DNA of 64,000 bases. Source: a virus. Positions 8,566-17,659 of this stretch are shown here, piece after piece. How positions within the stretch are numbered: the stretch's first letter is position 1; each line of letters opens with the position of its first letter. The position numbers and the translations under genes are program-made. The notes under the pieces were generated by a model, which was not told where the DNA came from, ran no database searches, and saw only the letters and a program-made list of their open reading frames with translations. Location: positions 1 to 64,000 of the IMG/VR virus record IMGVR_UViG_3300017917_003612. The stretch is one strand, 5' to 3'.

Positions 8566-9972
8566 TTAGAAGTTTAATTGACTACGGAACATTACAGCAC
8601 GGTCGCCGTTTACACGACTTCCTGAACTGCCTACTAGGCTATCAAACTTTGTATCTACATAGTTTAACATAAAACGTAGGTTGTCTGTACAGAACCAGGT
8701 AATGCCATAGGTCATTGCTGTAGCACGATTTGATTTACCAGTAGCCACGGTGATATCGCTAGCATCAAACTCGCTCATACGCACACCTACTTGCCAAGCA
8801 CCACTACCACCTTTGTCCAAGGGATTGTTTGGCTTCATTGATCCGAATACACCATCTCGGTAGTTGAAGTTTTCACCAGTTAAGTTATATACCAAAAAGA
8901 TGTAGTGTCCTTTAATTTCTTGATCTGAACCTGTGGTAGGGTCGTATTTGAAATTAAATTGTTCGGCTTGTACTTTGAATGCATTGTAGGCAAATGCAGC
9001 TTCAAGTCCCTGTCTTGTTCTTGTGGTCACACTACTAAGTGCAGGACCAGTAAAGAATGCATTGGCTGAGCGCGATTCTGTTCTACCACTAGCTGGTGCA
9101 ACACCGCCTTTAATTTCGCCTGTGCTGTAAGCAGCGCCTAAGTGAGCAACATAGGCTTTGCTACCTTGTAGATCAGCTATGTTAGTTGTAACACGACCAA
9201 TGTAGTCTAAACCATCACTAACTGCGTCTTTGTTGGCACGACCGCGACTCATAGCTAAAGCATAAGTAAGACCAGTCTTCGGCACTCCGTGTACCATAAA
9301 GCCAGTTTCTTTACCAGGAATGAACTCACCTTCTACTTGACCTATTAGGCTGCGCTCCATAAAGTCAATGTTGTTGGAACTGGTCAACTGCTCTAAACTG
9401 AAAGGCATCTTGAACAAACCAAATTGATATTGCAATTCTGGATTGGCAGCATAATTGACCCAGGCCACATCCATGGTAGTCGACGATGAAGACATTCCCA
9501 CATCGTTACCAAAGTTACCAGAGAATTCATATTTGAAATCTTTTTGAAATTGTCCGCGTACACCAAATCTAGCTCTACGTACTTCAGCTAAGTTCTGATA
9601 AGAATCTGTGGTTTGACCTGTACCATAATCTGGGGTGTACTGACGATAGTCCATATGTAATCGACCTGTAACCTGCAGGGTATTGTTTCCATCTTTGCTT
9701 TTGAGTCCAATTCCGTTTTCAGTAACGGATCCGTCGTTGGCTCTGGCCTGTCTGTATTTGACTGAGTCGCTGACATCTTTGTCTATTCTTTGTTCTGCAA
9801 ACTTTTTGTTTTCTGCTTTTTCTTCATAAGCTTGTACTTTAGCTTCGTATTCCTTTTGAGTCAAGATACCTTTGTCTCTTAAAATGTTAAGTGTATCTAA
9901 ATACTCGTCTGCATACGCAGGTACGCTAAATGCCAAACTGATAGCTAATGCAATTTTTGTAAACGCTTTCAT
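8566..9972 (-). CDS. Phosphate-selective porin, OprO/OprP family
   Basis: Signal peptide, RRARFG, G.FK.PFSLEQLTSS...FMERS, C-terminal F; downstream of pstS. Confidence 0.88.
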   Translation of the reverse strand: MKAFTKIALAISLAFSVPAYADEYLDTLNILRDKGILTQKEYEAKVQAYEEKAENKKFAEQRIDKDVSDSVKYRQARANDGSVTENGIGLKSKDGNNTLQVTGRLHMDYRQYTPDYGTGQTTDSYQNLAEVRRARFGVRGQFQKDFKYEFSGNFGNDVGMSSSSTTMDVAWVNYAANPELQYQFGLFKMPFSLEQLTSSNNIDFMERSLIGQVEGEFIPGKETGFMVHGVPKTGLTYALAMSRGRANKDAVSDGLDYIGRVTTNIADLQGSKAYVAHLGAAYSTGEIKGGVAPASGRTESRSANAFFTGPALSSVTTRTRQGLEAAFAYNAFKVQAEQFNFKYDPTTGSDQEIKGHYIFLVYNLTGENFNYRDGVFGSMKPNNPLDKGGSGAWQVGVRMSEFDASDITVATGKSNRATAMTYGITWFCTDNLRFMLNYVDTKFDSLVGSSGSRVNGDRAVMFRSQLNF

Positions 9973-9981
9973 TTTTGTTCC

Positions 9982-11007
9982 TTATTTCCAAATTGGGTTG
10001 TTGTCTGGACCACGGAAATCCTTTTTCCAATTGTCCTGAACTAGTTTAATTACATCTTGTGGCATATGAACATATTCTAGTTCTGTTGACATTTGACCAC
10101 CGTTCTTGTATGCCCAGTCAAAGAACTTGAGAACTGCGCGGCCGGTCAATACATCTGCCTGTTGTTTGTGCATTAGAATGAAACTTGCACCTGTAGCTGG
10201 CCATGCGTCTTTACCTGTTTGCCATGTTAGTAACAAATACATGCCTGGTGCGTTAGCCCAGTCTGCATTAGCGGCTGCTGCCTTGAATGTTGAATCGTCA
10301 GGAAGCACAAAGTTACCATCGCGATTCTTTACTGCTGCAAATGCAATTTTATTTCTTTTTGCAAATGCATATTCAACATAACCAAACGCACCTTTGATAC
10401 GCTGTACCTGTACAGCAACACCTTCGTTGCCCTTGCCACCTACACCCACAGGCCATTTAACTGCTGTACCTTCGCCTACCGCTTTGGCAAATTCTGGGCT
10501 AGCTTTGCCCAAGAAGTTTGTCCAAATAAATGTAGTACCAGAACCATCTGCACGATGAATGACTGTAATTGCAAGTGCTGGTAAATTTACACCTGGATTT
10601 AAATCAGTGATCGCTTTGTCATTCCATTTTGTGATTTTGCCCAAATGAATGTTTGCAATGACTTCCGGGGATAACCGTAATTGACCTGGTGCAACACCGT
10701 CTATATTATAAACTGGAACAACACCGCCGATGATAGCTGGAAACTGAACAAGACCCTCTTTGTCTAGTTCTTCTTTCTTGAGTGGCATATCGCTAGCGCC
10801 AAAGTCAACTGTCTTGGCTTTGATTTGCTTGATACCACCACCTGAACCAATTGATTGATAATTTAGGCCAATGCCTGTTGCTGCTTTATAGGCTTCTGCC
10901 CATTTGGCATATATAGGAAAAGGAAATGTTGCTCCTGCTCCTGTTAATTCTGCTGCTCCGGCATATCCGGTTAGTGCGACTAGTACTATTGCTAATAGTT
11001 TTTTCAC
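9982..11007 (-). CDS. pstS: Phosphate ABC transporter binding protein PstS
   Basis: GAGATFP, YQSIGSGGG, DFGASD, RADGSGTT, GKGNEGV; GTG start behind GGAG. Confidence 0.97.
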   Translation of the reverse strand: MKKLLAIVLVALTGYAGAAELTGAGATFPFPIYAKWAEAYKAATGIGLNYQSIGSGGGIKQIKAKTVDFGASDMPLKKEELDKEGLVQFPAIIGGVVPVYNIDGVAPGQLRLSPEVIANIHLGKITKWNDKAITDLNPGVNLPALAITVIHRADGSGTTFIWTNFLGKASPEFAKAVGEGTAVKWPVGVGGKGNEGVAVQVQRIKGAFGYVEYAFAKRNKIAFAAVKNRDGNFVLPDDSTFKAAAANADWANAPGMYLLLTWQTGKDAWPATGASFILMHKQQADVLTGRAVLKFFDWAYKNGGQMSTELEYVHMPQDVIKLVQDNWKKDFRGPDNNPIWK

Positions 11008-11059
11008 TTTGTAATCTCCATTTAATGTGCATTGCACAATAATATTTAAACATCGTAAG

Positions 11060-11077
11060 ATTACAAGCGTGTTACAA
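11060..11077 (-). promoter_or_regulatory. Pho-box-like direct repeat TTGTAAC-N4-TTGTAAT
   Basis: 11-bp period resembling CTGTCAT-N4-CTGTCAC, about 55 nt upstream of pstS. Confidence 0.6.
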
Positions 11078-11106
11078 AAAGCACTTTTTTCAAATTATTT
11101 TGCCAT

Positions 11107-11132
11107 AAAAAAGGCAGCATTGCGCTGCCTTT
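11107..11132 (-). terminator. Intrinsic terminator
   Basis: AAAGGCAGC-5nt-GCTGCCTTT plus U-tract. Confidence 0.8.
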
Positions 11133-11152
11133 GTTACCAAAGTTGACTAGAA

Positions 11153-11422
11153 TTAGTCAACTAAACCCATTGCAATGGCTTTGTAACCAGCTGCAACTAT
11201 TTTACGGCTAGCCTTACCATGACGGTATTCGGTTACACGAACGCCATTACCTGCTTTACGGGTATTGGCATATACAGGAAAACCTGCATAACGAATTTCG
11301 CTGATGGTAGCCGTTGGATTCTTGATGCTGAATCGCTTGGCAATTTGGCTAGCAGTCAGGGTCTCACCGTCAAGGACGAGAGCACGGAATAACTTCCCTT
11401 GTTTTGTATTTAAATCAAACAT
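11153..11422 (-). CDS. Winged-HTH-like DNA-binding protein
   Basis: LTASQIAKRF.I.NPTATISEIR..G; RBS and promoter TTGCAT-N17-TATAAT. Confidence 0.6.
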   Translation of the reverse strand: MFDLNTKQGKLFRALVLDGETLTASQIAKRFSIKNPTATISEIRYAGFPVYANTRKAGNGVRVTEYRHGKASRKIVAAGYKAIAMGLVD

Positions 11423-11498
11423 CTAATATCTCCTAAGTAAGATATGCTGTACTACAGCATTCATGTATTATAGCGGAGTGTTTTGGAAAATGCAACAG

Positions 11499-11678
11499 TT
11501 ATTTCGCCGTTTCGTCATCTTTTTTTACCAAACTCCATGAACCGTCTTTGTTATCAATCCACTCTAACACATCGCCTTCACGCCATCCCACTTCTTCTAA
11601 CATTTCGTTTGAGAATGGAAGTATAAGATCGCCTGTTTTGGGATCTTCTTCCAAAGTCACTGTCCAAGATTTATGCAT
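11499..11678 (-). CDS. AbrB/MazE/SpoVT-like DNA-binding protein, 59 aa
   Basis: GDLILPF..EMLEEVGWREGDVLEW; translated by hand. Confidence 0.7.
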   Translation of the reverse strand: MHKSWTVTLEEDPKTGDLILPFSNEMLEEVGWREGDVLEWIDNKDGSWSLVKKDDETAK

Positions 11679-12279
11679 TTATACCTCTCCCCATAATTGT
11701 CCCGTACACAGGTTGCTCTTCTGTTTCTAAAACTTTAAATCCATTATTTAATAGATAAGGAACCACTGCTCCGCCCTTGCCTGAATAGTGTCCCCACCAC
11801 TTATTATACCATGTGTCATCTAATATCACAACGGCTTGTTCAGCCATATAACACAATGCAGCTATCATTTGAGCTAGATGCACCCGTTGACTGTTGACAT
11901 TATTCATTTCTAATCCCAATTCGTTGTATCTTGCTCGCTGCTCTATAACAAACTGTTCGGGATTTTCAGGATGCCAATCCCAATCAAAATTGTCAAGATA
12001 AAGTAGGCCAATTGTCTTTTCTTGGGGGAAATTTTTTAAAAAACATTCGCCGGTATTGTTATGAATATCAAGATTAGATATTTTAAATTGTTTGACAAAT
12101 TCACAAACAATAGGATCAATATCCACAGTGTGTAAATTCTTGTTGTATCGCTCAGCCCAAGCGGCAATGGTTTTGGTGCTTCCATCTTGAAAATTTCTAT
12201 TGGTCCCTATTTCTACAAATTCCCCAATTTTGTTAAATTGATCCAAGTACTTTTCGGCTCTACGAAATATTTGGCCCAT
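11671..12279 (-). CDS. Class I SAM-dependent methyltransferase-like protein
   Basis: VEIG, TVDID, LLYLD and ILDD motifs. Confidence 0.65.
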   Translation of the reverse strand: MGQIFRRAEKYLDQFNKIGEFVEIGTNRNFQDGSTKTIAAWAERYNKNLHTVDIDPIVCEFVKQFKISNLDIHNNTGECFLKNFPQEKTIGLLYLDNFDWDWHPENPEQFVIEQRARYNELGLEMNNVNSQRVHLAQMIAALCYMAEQAVVILDDTWYNKWWGHYSGKGGAVVPYLLNNGFKVLETEEQPVYGTIMGRGINA

Positions 12280-12427
12280 TGACTTCTTTCTGGTTAGAAA
12301 AAAATACTTTCCAAACATAAAGGAAAGAATGTTTAATCAATTGATATGTAATAGCACAGATCCACCAAAACACAAACAATACAGGAAATAACAATACAAA
12401 AAGAAACAGTAAAAATTGTTTCATGGT

Positions 12428-12826
12428 TTAATCTTTTACAATTTCAAGTGGACCGCTTGCCCAGCATTCTGTTTCGTATTGCACCCAACCTTCCTCTTCC
12501 CACCCGGCAGACCAGTCTTCGTCCCATATTGCTTCTAAACGCTCGCGTTCATCATCGGGCATGTCGTCGGGCCAAATAACATCACCGTACCAACCGTCGT
12601 CAAGACTGACCAGTTCACTATCGTACCCGCAGTCATACATATTGACCGAGTCGGCACCTGGACCTTCTGTTTGATCAAGTTCCGGTGGATCATCGTCCTC
12701 AGTTTCTACTGTCCATGTGCCCCAACGAAATCCGCTAATACGTCGAATCACCATGTCATCTTTTTGCCAAAGTTCATGTTCCTCGACTGATTTCTTTTCT
12801 GTGGTACTTACTGTCCAAGTAGTCAT
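12428..12826 (-). CDS. Acidic hypothetical protein
   Basis: Clean ORF with RBS. Confidence 0.6.
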   Translation of the reverse strand: MTTWTVSTTEKKSVEEHELWQKDDMVIRRISGFRWGTWTVETEDDDPPELDQTEGPGADSVNMYDCGYDSELVSLDDGWYGDVIWPDDMPDDERERLEAIWDEDWSAGWEEEGWVQYETECWASGPLEIVKD

Positions 12827-12827
12827 T

Positions 12828-13064
12828 TTAGTTTCCTTTCAGTTCTTTGAGTACTATGTCTTTGGCACGTTGATCTAGTTCTTGATTTTCTGCTTCAGTT
12901 ATATATCCAGCAAGGTCTGTTACAAATTCTTTGACCACATCTGCACCGGCTGTAGTAAAACTGCTGTAGTTTTTGCCAACTGAACTTTTGTAGTAATACT
13001 TGCTGTTGTTCATTATTTCTTTGAGACCACCATACATTAGTTCTTTGATTGCTTGTTTTTCCAT
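12828..13064 (-). CDS. Hypothetical protein
   Basis: Start at MEKQAIK behind AAGGA; avoids overlap with the ligase. Confidence 0.6.
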   Translation of the reverse strand: MEKQAIKELMYGGLKEIMNNSKYYYKSSVGKNYSSFTTAGADVVKEFVTDLAGYITEAENQELDQRAKDIVLKELKGN

Positions 13065-13074
13065 AACAAATCCT

Positions 13075-14391
13075 TTATATTTTTTCGCCTGCCGCAAATC
13101 CTCTAAACCGTAAGAAACGCGGAAACCGTAGCGAGTAAGTGCCATCTTGGTTTTGAGTAACAGCATCGGCACGTATTTCAGCAACAGAGCCCATAATCGT
13201 TTCACGACCCAACCAATAGTCATCACGATTGGCATCACTAAAACCAGAACCCACATTAACACGTATTCTACGACCATCGTCCTCGCCCTCACAAATAATA
13301 GCACCTAGTCTACCAGCATTACGACCTGTTCCTTCTTCAAAATCTATAACACCCAGACTAACTTCAATGAATGGTTTGAGTTTGAGCCATGCCGTGCTGC
13401 GCTTGCATTCGTATGCGGCTGCAGGGTCTTTGATCATAATGCCTTCGTATCCGCCCGCAATAGCACGTTGATTGATCTCACGGAATTGATCCTGACCTGC
13501 CGCAGTGTCTAAATCAATGGCTTCATGACTCAATACTGTGACATTACGTAGTGCATCTTGTACAGTAGCGTACCATTCCTGTAGCATACGACTACGAAGT
13601 TCTTGTCTAGCAGATCCTGCCCCACCTGTATTAAACTCAGCCAATGTAAGATAGTCAAACAAGTTTAGAACAGCATCACCTGCTGACACATTGTCCTTAC
13701 GATGCACCTGTTTCATCAAGTCTTGAAAACTGCTGCTCATGATTTCGCCATCCAACACCATGGGCTCGTGGAATCCATGTGCTACTGCGGCCAGTTGCTC
13801 TTTGACATGTTCAAAATTTACCAGCTCTTTGCCATTCCGGCTAAATTGAAGAACACGACCATCTGGCCAAACAATAGTAATAACACGCACACCATCCAAC
13901 TTGACTTCCACCAGTTTGCGACCTGTAAGTTTTCCTTCATGATTAGCACTATCGTGAGCAAGCTGGCAAGCGAAAGTAGGTACAATGTAATTTTCATTTA
14001 TCTTCTCCACTGCTTTGTTGATTGTTTTTTCGCTGACGCCGCAGCGCAAATCTTTGATAAGGATGCGACGACACCATGAATTCCATTCTGCTGGTGTGGC
14101 CATTGCCATGGCTCGTTGCACCAGGTCTTTAGCATTATTACCGGTAACTATTCTACTACTCAGTTGTGTACACAGTTCAAGAAACAGTTCGCGGCCCAAG
14201 CCATCGCCCGACGCATTTTTCTTTTCTGGCACTTGTTTCAATCCAAACGTAATCATTGGATCTAGTGCCAATCTACAACCTTCAAAAAACTCGTCATGGC
14301 CCTGAGCTGCCACCACTGCAAGTATGGCCTCTTTGGCCAATCGGCTGTTATCTTGTTCTAATTCTTGGACAATTTCCCAGGGTTTACGCAT
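13075..14391 (-). CDS. ATP-dependent DNA ligase
   Basis: KLDGVR, LDGE, EGIMIK, WLKLK, SLRFPRF. Confidence 0.95.
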   Translation of the reverse strand: MRKPWEIVQELEQDNSRLAKEAILAVVAAQGHDEFFEGCRLALDPMITFGLKQVPEKKNASGDGLGRELFLELCTQLSSRIVTGNNAKDLVQRAMAMATPAEWNSWCRRILIKDLRCGVSEKTINKAVEKINENYIVPTFACQLAHDSANHEGKLTGRKLVEVKLDGVRVITIVWPDGRVLQFSRNGKELVNFEHVKEQLAAVAHGFHEPMVLDGEIMSSSFQDLMKQVHRKDNVSAGDAVLNLFDYLTLAEFNTGGAGSARQELRSRMLQEWYATVQDALRNVTVLSHEAIDLDTAAGQDQFREINQRAIAGGYEGIMIKDPAAAYECKRSTAWLKLKPFIEVSLGVIDFEEGTGRNAGRLGAIICEGEDDGRRIRVNVGSGFSDANRDDYWLGRETIMGSVAEIRADAVTQNQDGTYSLRFPRFLRFRGFAAGEKI

Positions 14392-14791
14392 CTTGCAACT
14401 CCTTGATGTGACGACATGATTTACGAAATTGGAATCCTGGACAAGTACATGACCATCTTTGAACTGTGCGTACTACCACATACTGATTGCCGCGACTGCC
14501 TTGCACTGTCCAGGTTTTAATATCACCTAATTTCTTTTCCTTAGGGGCGATACGACCATCGTTGTATTCAATGTTGATTATACGTTCTAAAGGTATCTCT
14601 CTTATACGTACTGGGCTGTCAAAATCTGTCACAATTCTAACAAAATTTGGAGGGGTAAATTTGGTTGCTTTTTCAACAACACCAGTAATTGTTGTTTTAC
14701 TAACTATTGCACTTCCTATAACATAACTAGGAAACTCAAAAGTAATAGCAACTTTGCAACCTGCGTCTGGAATAGAGAATTGTGTATTCAT
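14384..14791 (-). CDS. SWIM zinc-finger protein
   Basis: WSCTCPGF.FRKSCRH. Confidence 0.75.
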   Translation of the reverse strand: MNTQFSIPDAGCKVAITFEFPSYVIGSAIVSKTTITGVVEKATKFTPPNFVRIVTDFDSPVRIREIPLERIINIEYNDGRIAPKEKKLGDIKTWTVQGSRGNQYVVVRTVQRWSCTCPGFQFRKSCRHIKELQDA

Positions 14792-14797
14792 GCTCTA

Positions 14798-14826
14798 ATT
14801 ATAACAAAGAGCTGAATTTTGGTCAA
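14798..14826 (-). promoter_or_regulatory. Sigma70-type early promoter TTGACC-N17-TATAAT (leaderless transcript)
   Basis: ATG is 6 nt after the -10, with no RBS. Confidence 0.7.
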
Positions 14827-14850
14827 CCTTAAAAACTTGCTAGTTTATTA

Positions 14851-15168
14851 TTATGCTTCGGCTGTGTATCTTTTACGCCAATAATCCCATTCTGGTAATA
14901 TGCCATTTGTATCGGTATATTCTCTAGTTATACCATTTTTAAGAACTAACGTAAAACCCACACGTGCCGTAATGTTGGAATTGAGTATTGACGAATATAC
15001 CGTTTCATACAACGGATCAATTCTGTCAATGAATGAATTCCATAAAGCATCATTTCTTTGCTTAGATTCTTGAAAGTTTAAAAACTCATCTGGTGTAAGG
15101 GTTGTTTCTGCCCATTGGTCTATATTTTTTTTGGTTTCGTCGGCATAATACACGATTTTATCTGTCAT
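14851..15168 (-). CDS. Hypothetical protein (similar to the adjacent ORF)
   Basis: Shares W...TL...E and DYW..R patterns with 15184..15534. Confidence 0.55.
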   Translation of the reverse strand: MTDKIVYYADETKKNIDQWAETTLTPDEFLNFQESKQRNDALWNSFIDRIDPLYETVYSSILNSNITARVGFTLVLKNGITREYTDTNGILPEWDYWRKRYTAEA

Positions 15169-15183
15169 TATTTTATTCCTAGT

Positions 15184-15534
15184 TTAGATAGGCACTCTTG
15201 GATTAAAAGTAACGTTTGGATCTGATCTCATTCTATTTTCCCAGTAATCAAACTTTTCATGATTGACAAAATCAGGGGGTGTTTCTGATTCATACCCAAC
15301 AATAATAAGTATTTTACCACCATGAGCAGTAGTTATAGTTTCTTCAATGGGTGTTACTTTGAGTGTATTGTTGTCAATAAACGGTTGTAGATAGTTTTCT
15401 ATTTCAATGAAATCTGATTTCAACTGTTCTAATTCCACAGCCGGCAGGGTATGCAACCCCCATTCAAACACGGTAACCATATGATGCTGACCGTCTATTT
15501 TTAGAACAGATTTAAGTTGTTTAAATTTAGCCAT
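15184..15534 (-). CDS. Hypothetical protein
   Basis: Clean ORF; TAAATA upstream. Confidence 0.55.
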   Translation of the reverse strand: MAKFKQLKSVLKIDGQHHMVTVFEWGLHTLPAVELEQLKSDFIEIENYLQPFIDNNTLKVTPIEETITTAHGGKILIIVGYESETPPDFVNHEKFDYWENRMRSDPNVTFNPRVPI

Positions 15535-15564
15535 AAAACTCTCAATTTTAAATATTTATTTAAC

Positions 15565-15748
15565 TTCCAGCCACTTCTGTTACCGAGCAGGCTGGGTCCA
15601 TCTCTGAGTCTTAGTTTAGCTTAGGCAGCTAAACGAACCTCAAACAGCTCATCATTGGCTGCATTTAGAGTTTTGCTTCTTTTACGTTGATCGCCTAACG
15701 TGCTGTCCACTCGCCTACTCTTGACCCTGTCGAAACCATGTCTGGCCC
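15565..15748 (-). ncRNA. ssrA: tmRNA coding piece (permuted gene); tag frame 15662-15621 = AANDELFEVRLAA
   Basis: 5' GGGCCAG-ACAUGGUUUCGAC; UAAAU-GCA resume context; ANDE...LAA tag. The 3' end is approximate. Confidence 0.9.
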
Positions 15749-15760
15749 ATCATAAAGAGA

Positions 15761-15955
15761 TTATTTTTGATCTTTACTGTTACTAGATGGTTGTTGTTTC
15801 AAATGCTCTACAGATACGCACCTAGCAGTCATATTGGGCCTATTCTGTATCAATATACTGGCAGCTTCCCAACATTCCTCAAATCTGTCAAAGGTTTTCC
15901 ACTCACTTTCGTGCAAAACACCTGATATAACAACAGTTACAAAAAGTACATACAA
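15761..15955 (-). CDS. Two-Cys small membrane protein inside the tmRNA intervening segment
   Basis: AAGGAG directly after the tmRNA CCA, TTG start 8 nt later; EEC..A...RCV motif shared with other ORFs in the window. Confidence 0.65.
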   Translation of the reverse strand: MYVLFVTVVISGVLHESEWKTFDRFEECWEAASILIQNRPNMTARCVSVEHLKQQPSSNSKDQK

Positions 15956-15970
15956 ACCATAATCTCCTTA

Positions 15971-16035
15971 TGGTGGACCAGGCGGGAGTCGAACCCGCGT
16001 CCAGAACCCTTTTTGGGTTGCTTCATACAGCAATT
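15971..16035 (-). ncRNA. ssrA: tmRNA acceptor piece (T-arm, 3' acceptor strand, encoded CCA)
   Basis: GGAC-GCGGG-UUCGACU-CCCGC-CUGGUCC-ACCA pairs with GGGCCAG, giving G3-U70. The 5' end is approximate. Confidence 0.9.
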
Positions 16036-16053
16036 ATTGCTTCATACAGCAAT
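16018..16053. repeat. Perfect 17-bp tandem duplication TTGCTTCATACAGCAAT
   Basis: Copies at 16018-16034 and 16037-16053. Confidence 0.95.
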
Positions 16054-16055
16054 AT

Positions 16056-17645
16056 TTACTCAACTACAAATAAATCATTATTGACAATTTGAGCTTTGTT
16101 TTTATTTATAATTATATTTTTTGATTTGTCTTTAGTGGGCAGCAATGATTCTTTAATATCTTTATTTGCATAACTAGTAACAAGTGCCAGTTCTTTTACA
16201 ATATCTAGTTGATCCAACCACTCTTTCATAAAAGTTTTTGGAATGCAGAAGTAAAATCTTCGTCTAATTTTTTTCTGCTGCTTGTACCAAGATGATTCAG
16301 AAACATATTTTATGTAACTAAACACCAATTCCACAGGCACGTCTTTGCCAGCATTTTCGTACCAATAATTTTTGAATGTATCGTGTAGGTTATCTGCTAT
16401 GTTTTGAGCGGGCACCGTCCTGCAACATCCTGGGCTGCTGTTTCGTGTAATATCAAATTCACAGAAGCCAAAATAATCAGTGCTTCCGTCCGATGGATTT
16501 GAAGTAAAGTAAAAACTTGGTCTAGGATTGGGATTTAATTCATAAACAAAACTACATTTTTTGATACTGTTATGTCTAAAATAAAATCTTGTTTCTTTGC
16601 GTTGTTGAATAATATGATAGTTATCTATGTTATCAAAAATGCCAATATCAACTTTAGATTTTACCTCGTTTATATAATCAACTATCTGTTGAAGTTTTGC
16701 ATCAACTTTAACAACATCTTTGTTTGATAAAACTTTTAAGTGAAATTTACCGTTGTATTGCAAATCTTCTCTCAATGATGCTACAGTTGTGTTTGTAGAA
16801 AAAATTTTAACCAATCTTGTTTTAAAATGTTCTCGAGATTCTCCTGCAACACTCAATAAAAAACTTTCAGCAGGCACGCTTCCTAGAAATGTTTTCTTAA
16901 AAATTTCTTGAAAAGGAATATCTGGATTTTTTATTTGTAAAACGGAATCAACATTTTCATCAATACCGTTATGTTTGATGATGTAATTGTTTTCGTCGCC
17001 ACCACGGATCATACTTAAAACTATAAGTCCTTGGGCAACATTATCAAATTTTAATGGATCTACATCAAATACAGACACTATTGTAAAATATTTTTTTAGG
17101 AATTTTTTAAACTGCAAATAAAATTTGGAGTCGTTTGTAATTAAACTTTTAGGAATCACATAATGTATACCACCCTGGTAATCATTTGTTATCATTATAT
17201 CAGCAGTTTTGATTATAAAAAACACTGCTTCTTCTCTTATGCCAGTGACTCCATATTTGTGAGCTAATTTTTTGACATAATTTTTATGTGTGGTCAAACT
17301 GTACGCCGGACTACGAAATGGAACATTTCCAATGAAGCTGACTTTCTTGGTATCAAAATTCAGTTCAGTGTTGATGTCGTAAAAATTTTTATGATAAAGT
17401 GAAAGATTAGGAAATCTTTCAACTCCTTTTTGAAACCACTCTTCATCTAGTTCAACTCCAACAATGTTGGCATTGGGATACTGTTCAATCATTGGACCAA
17501 TAAATCCACATCCACCAAAACTGGGCTCTACTACAATATCAGAGTCAACTGACAGTTTATCTAAAATCTCTTTAACCAAGTCCTCGGGAGTAAAAAATTG
17601 TCCCAACTGATACTTTTTGGATTGTATGTTTTTTTCTTCTAGCAT
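16056..17645 (-). CDS. N6-adenine DNA methyltransferase (gamma-type order)
   Basis: GQFFTP, EPSFGGCGF (motif I), GVELD, GNVPF (variant NPPY/F motif IV). Confidence 0.85.
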   Translation of the reverse strand: MLEEKNIQSKKYQLGQFFTPEDLVKEILDKLSVDSDIVVEPSFGGCGFIGPMIEQYPNANIVGVELDEEWFQKGVERFPNLSLYHKNFYDINTELNFDTKKVSFIGNVPFRSPAYSLTTHKNYVKKLAHKYGVTGIREEAVFFIIKTADIMITNDYQGGIHYVIPKSLITNDSKFYLQFKKFLKKYFTIVSVFDVDPLKFDNVAQGLIVLSMIRGGDENNYIIKHNGIDENVDSVLQIKNPDIPFQEIFKKTFLGSVPAESFLLSVAGESREHFKTRLVKIFSTNTTVASLREDLQYNGKFHLKVLSNKDVVKVDAKLQQIVDYINEVKSKVDIGIFDNIDNYHIIQQRKETRFYFRHNSIKKCSFVYELNPNPRPSFYFTSNPSDGSTDYFGFCEFDITRNSSPGCCRTVPAQNIADNLHDTFKNYWYENAGKDVPVELVFSYIKYVSESSWYKQQKKIRRRFYFCIPKTFMKEWLDQLDIVKELALVTSYANKDIKESLLPTKDKSKNIIINKNKAQIVNNDLFVVE

Positions 17646-17659
17646 TAGATATTTATAAG

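Noticed and set aside
1842-11037. Bacterial chromosome segment or prophage boundary
   Set aside because: Host-like genes lack their operon partners (no pstCAB, tolB, pqqB-E) and are interleaved with phage ORFs and TAAATA sites; no integrase seen.
13065-13304. Long N-terminal extensions in the ORF track (12828, 17660, 36195, 37800, 40860 ORFs)
   Set aside because: They overlap neighbouring genes; downstream starts have an RBS or promoter.
15971-16010. Stand-alone tRNA or attachment-site remnant
   Set aside because: No anticodon arm; its partner strand and a tag frame lie downstream, so it is the tmRNA acceptor piece.
16018-16053. Mini CRISPR array
   Set aside because: Only two 17-bp copies, 2 nt apart, with no spacer or cas genes.
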